A stretch of DNA of 64,000 nucleotides from an uncultured Methanobrevibacter sp. Its GTDB lineage: Archaea > Methanobacteriota > Methanobacteria > Methanobacteriales > Methanobacteriaceae. Made by a program: the position numbers and the translations under genes. Under the pieces are notes generated by a model. It saw nothing but the letters and a program-made list of their open reading frames with translations, was not told the DNA's origin and did no database searches. Within the stretch, counting starts at the first letter, position 1. Each line of letters starts with the position of its first letter. Location: assembly GCF_902771435.1 (NCBI RefSeq), contig NZ_CACXXB010000001.1:31723-95722 (forward strand). Reading direction: 5' to 3'. Shown piece after piece: positions 61,600 to 64,000 of the stretch.

Positions 61600-61644
61600 A
61601 ACTATGACATTATAAGTGTGAAAACACTCAATAACATCATAGTT
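61600..61644 (-). terminator. Long hairpin before a U tract, likely terminating the hcp-cupin transcript
   Basis: AACTATGA...AGTGT-GAAA-ACACT...TCATAGTT; extra G-U pairs form on the minus strand, followed by CTCTCTTTTTT. Confidence 0.55.
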
Positions 61645-61665
61645 CAATGAAAGGTTTTAATGACA

Positions 61666-61995
61666 TTAGTCAGATTTAATCATTGTTAATATCATTTTAT
61701 AAGAACTGTTTTCAGCTTGAAGTGCATGTGGTTCATTAGCAGGCATGATTATGATTTCACCGGCTTTCACAGTGTGTTTTACACCGGAAATTGTGATTTC
61801 GGCTTCGCCGTCAATTACCTGAACCATTGCATCGAAAGGTGCTGAATGTTCTGAAAGGCCTTGACCTTGATCAAAAGCGAAAAATGTCACGGTACCCAAT
61901 TCTTTTTTGATTACTTCACGACTTACAACACTGTCTTTTTGATAATCAAGCAAAAATTGAATATTAAGAGGTTTTGCTTTTAGATTTTCACTCAC
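61666..61995 (-). CDS. Cupin domain protein
   Basis: GLSEHSAPFDA, MPANEPHAL. Confidence 0.92.
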   Translation of the reverse strand: MSENLKAKPLNIQFLLDYQKDSVVSREVIKKELGTVTFFAFDQGQGLSEHSAPFDAMVQVIDGEAEITISGVKHTVKAGEIIIMPANEPHALQAENSSYKMILTMIKSD

Positions 61996-61997
61996 GC

Positions 61998-63305
61998 CTA
62001 TTCCCCCATAATGGTTTTGATGTCTGCTATTGCATCTCCGGTTGTTGGAGTTAAATTGTAGTTTTCAACAAGGACATTCAAGATGTCATCATTGCACCAT
62101 GCAGGGAGTACAGGTCCAATCCACATGTCTGTTTTGCCAAGATAGAGTAATGCCCAGAGTACTGCTGCGGCTTTCTGTTCCATCCAGGAGAGTACAATAG
62201 TTAATGGAAGTTCGTTTAATTCCATTCCAAACAATTCACATAATGCTACTGCAACATCGACTGCAACGATTGTATCGTTACATTGACCTACATCCAATAA
62301 TCTTGGGATTCCTTCGATGTCACCTAAATCCAAGTCATTGAATTTGTATTTTCCGCATGCTAATGTTAATATAACTGTGTCTTCAGGAAGGTTTGCAACG
62401 AATTCCCTGTAGTAGTCGTTGTGTTTTGCTGCTTTGTCACATCCACCAACAACAAAGAATCTTCTGATTTTGCCTTCTTCGACTAATTTTTTGATAGCGT
62501 CAGCGTGTTCTACAATAGCTCCTGCGCTCCATCCTGTTGTGATTGTGGTCAATTCTTCAGCTTCCAATCCTCCAAGTGATTTTGCACATTCAATAACTTC
62601 TGAAAAGTCATAATCTTCTACTGTTTTTACGCCTTCGAGTTTTGCTACATCCATTGTGAACATTCTTTCTTTGTATGAATCCATTGCAGGCAATACGCAG
62701 TTGCTTGTTCCAACAATTGCTGCATTGTATTTTTTGAATGTCATTCTCTGGTCATGCCATGCTCCGCCTAACTGTCCTGCAAGGTTTTCATATTTGTTTA
62801 AGCCAGGATATCCGTGAGCAGGCAACATTTCAGAGTGAGTGTAAACTTTAATGTCTGTTCCTTCAACCTGTTTTAATAATTCTTCAAGCGCTTTTAGGTC
62901 GTGACCGGTTACAATGATTGCAGGCCCTTCCTGTGCTCCAACCTTAACTTCAACAGGCTGTGGTTCACCGTATGCTTCAATGTGAGCGTCTTTGAGTAAT
63001 CTCATTACGTCAACACTTACTTTTCCTGCTTCAAGTGCCAATGCCACAAGATCGTTTACATCAAAGTTGACATTTGTTAATGTTGTGTATAAACCTTTGG
63101 TTAAGAATGCATCGATTTCAGGGTCTACTTTTCCTAAAACGTTTGCATTGTAGTTGTATGCACTTATACCTTTCATTGTAAAGATTAAGTTATCCTGTAA
63201 TCTAGCCACAGTTGCGTTTTTACCGCAAACCCCTTTGATAGTACATCCTGTACCGTGAGCGGTTTGGGAACATTGATAACAAAACATATCTAAATTATCT
63301 GCCAT
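61998..63305 (-). CDS. hcp: Hybrid cluster protein (hydroxylamine reductase), short form
   Basis: [11 protein letters not shown]...[30 protein letters not shown]. Confidence 0.96.
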   Translation of the reverse strand: MADNLDMFCYQCSQTAHGTGCTIKGVCGKNATVARLQDNLIFTMKGISAYNYNANVLGKVDPEIDAFLTKGLYTTLTNVNFDVNDLVALALEAGKVSVDVMRLLKDAHIEAYGEPQPVEVKVGAQEGPAIIVTGHDLKALEELLKQVEGTDIKVYTHSEMLPAHGYPGLNKYENLAGQLGGAWHDQRMTFKKYNAAIVGTSNCVLPAMDSYKERMFTMDVAKLEGVKTVEDYDFSEVIECAKSLGGLEAEELTTITTGWSAGAIVEHADAIKKLVEEGKIRRFFVVGGCDKAAKHNDYYREFVANLPEDTVILTLACGKYKFNDLDLGDIEGIPRLLDVGQCNDTIVAVDVAVALCELFGMELNELPLTIVLSWMEQKAAAVLWALLYLGKTDMWIGPVLPAWCNDDILNVLVENYNLTPTTGDAIADIKTIMGE

Positions 63306-63336
63306 TTAAATAACCTCTTTTTATTCGTTAATTAAA

Positions 63337-63369
63337 ATTTTGTCAAAATAGCTTATAAACATTTTGTCA
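63337..63369. promoter_or_regulatory. Two ATTTTGTCA boxes flanking the hcp TATA box
   Basis: ATTTTGTCAAAAT (63337-63349, near palindrome) and ATTTTGTCA (63361-63369). Confidence 0.45.
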
Positions 63370-63425
63370 CTAAGCAAGGGTTAAAAGTAACAAAGATTAT
63401 ATAACCGTTTATGCAAACTATAATC

Positions 63426-64000
63426 ATGGACGAAAATATATCAACACTTAAAGGAATTGGGCTGACACTCTATGAAGCCGAAGCATATGTGGCAATGACA
63501 TCACTGATTTCATCAACTGCAAGTGAAATAGCCGAAAATTCAGGCATCCCCCGAAGCAAAATCTATGACGTATTGAAAGGACTTTCCAGGAAAAATTTTA
63601 TAGAAATCGAAGACGGAAGGCCTCAGACATATCACGTCAAATCACCGGTTGAAGTACTGAGCCGTGAAAAGGAAAGACTTGGAAACGAAATTGACGATAC
63701 AATAACCCGACTGACACACATATATGAAAACGGAATGAGCCAGGTCCAGGCACCTATCTGGAGGATATATGGCGTTGAAAAGATTATATCCCAGGAAGTG
63801 GAAATCATTAACAGAGCCAAAACATCCATAAACATGAGGATAGGATTTCTGTTTGAAGGAGAAGGCGAAGCGTTAATCAAAGCCTTTAAGAACAGGCCCA
63901 GCTTAACAGTAAACATACTGGCTTCTCCAAAATGCTACATTAATAACGAGGAAATAGATATCATAAAACTATTCAAAGATGCCGACATCAACATTCAAAA
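63426..64000 (+). CDS. TrmB-family transcriptional regulator (3'-truncated; absent from the ORF track)
   Basis: MDENISTLKGIGLTLYEAEAY...ASEIAENSGIPRSKIYDVLKGL...GRP; frame open to the window end. Confidence 0.9.
   Translation, partial: MDENISTLKGIGLTLYEAEAYVAMTSLISSTASEIAENSGIPRSKIYDVLKGLSRKNFIEIEDGRPQTYHVKSPVEVLSREKERLGNEIDDTITRLTHIYENGMSQVQAPIWRIYGVEKIISQEVEIINRAKTSINMRIGFLFEGEGEALIKAFKNRPSLTVNILASPKCYINNEEIDIIKLFKDADINIQ

Noticed and set aside
61600-61644. 3'-UTR hairpin as an archaeal SECIS element
   Set aside because: No in-frame TGA in the flanking genes; pairing and the U tract fit a minus-strand terminator better

Overview
AT-rich archaeal chromosome segment that looks like Methanobacteriales, most likely a Methanobrevibacter: archaeal rps8e, srp19, split PolB small subunit, connectase-like DUF2121, TATA/BRE promoters and GGTG-type RBSs. 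The backbone is housekeeping genes (rfbA, hemD, srp19, recJ-like, hypE, rps8e, polB2, xth, pheS, citG, hemB, aroC, ADP-forming acyl-CoA ligase, purA, dapL, gltX, hcp). I found no rRNA, tRNA or CRISPR array. The main candidate for an undescribed system is a ~10.8 kb sulfur/thiol cluster (33658-44426) bracketed by two paralogous SsuA-type binding proteins. It encodes an EgtC/Dug3-like Ntn amidohydrolase, two different glutamate-cysteine ligase homologues, FdhD, an E1-like ThiF lacking the usual Cys motifs, a LarE-like sulfur insertase, a ThiS-like carrier, a GMC oxidoreductase and a degenerate TIR-like protein. Its promoters share the palindrome TAACAATTGTTA, which suggests a regulon. Other observations: a vapBC locus with a duplicated promoter and antitoxin, a 62-bp MITE with an 8-bp target duplication, a frameshifted DUF6932-like nucleotidyltransferase with a partner gene, a catalytically dead SNase beside a solo Cas4-like nuclease, a pair of very acidic small proteins, and a His-rich LPxTG surface protein. 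All family calls are by-eye motif recognition, not database searches.
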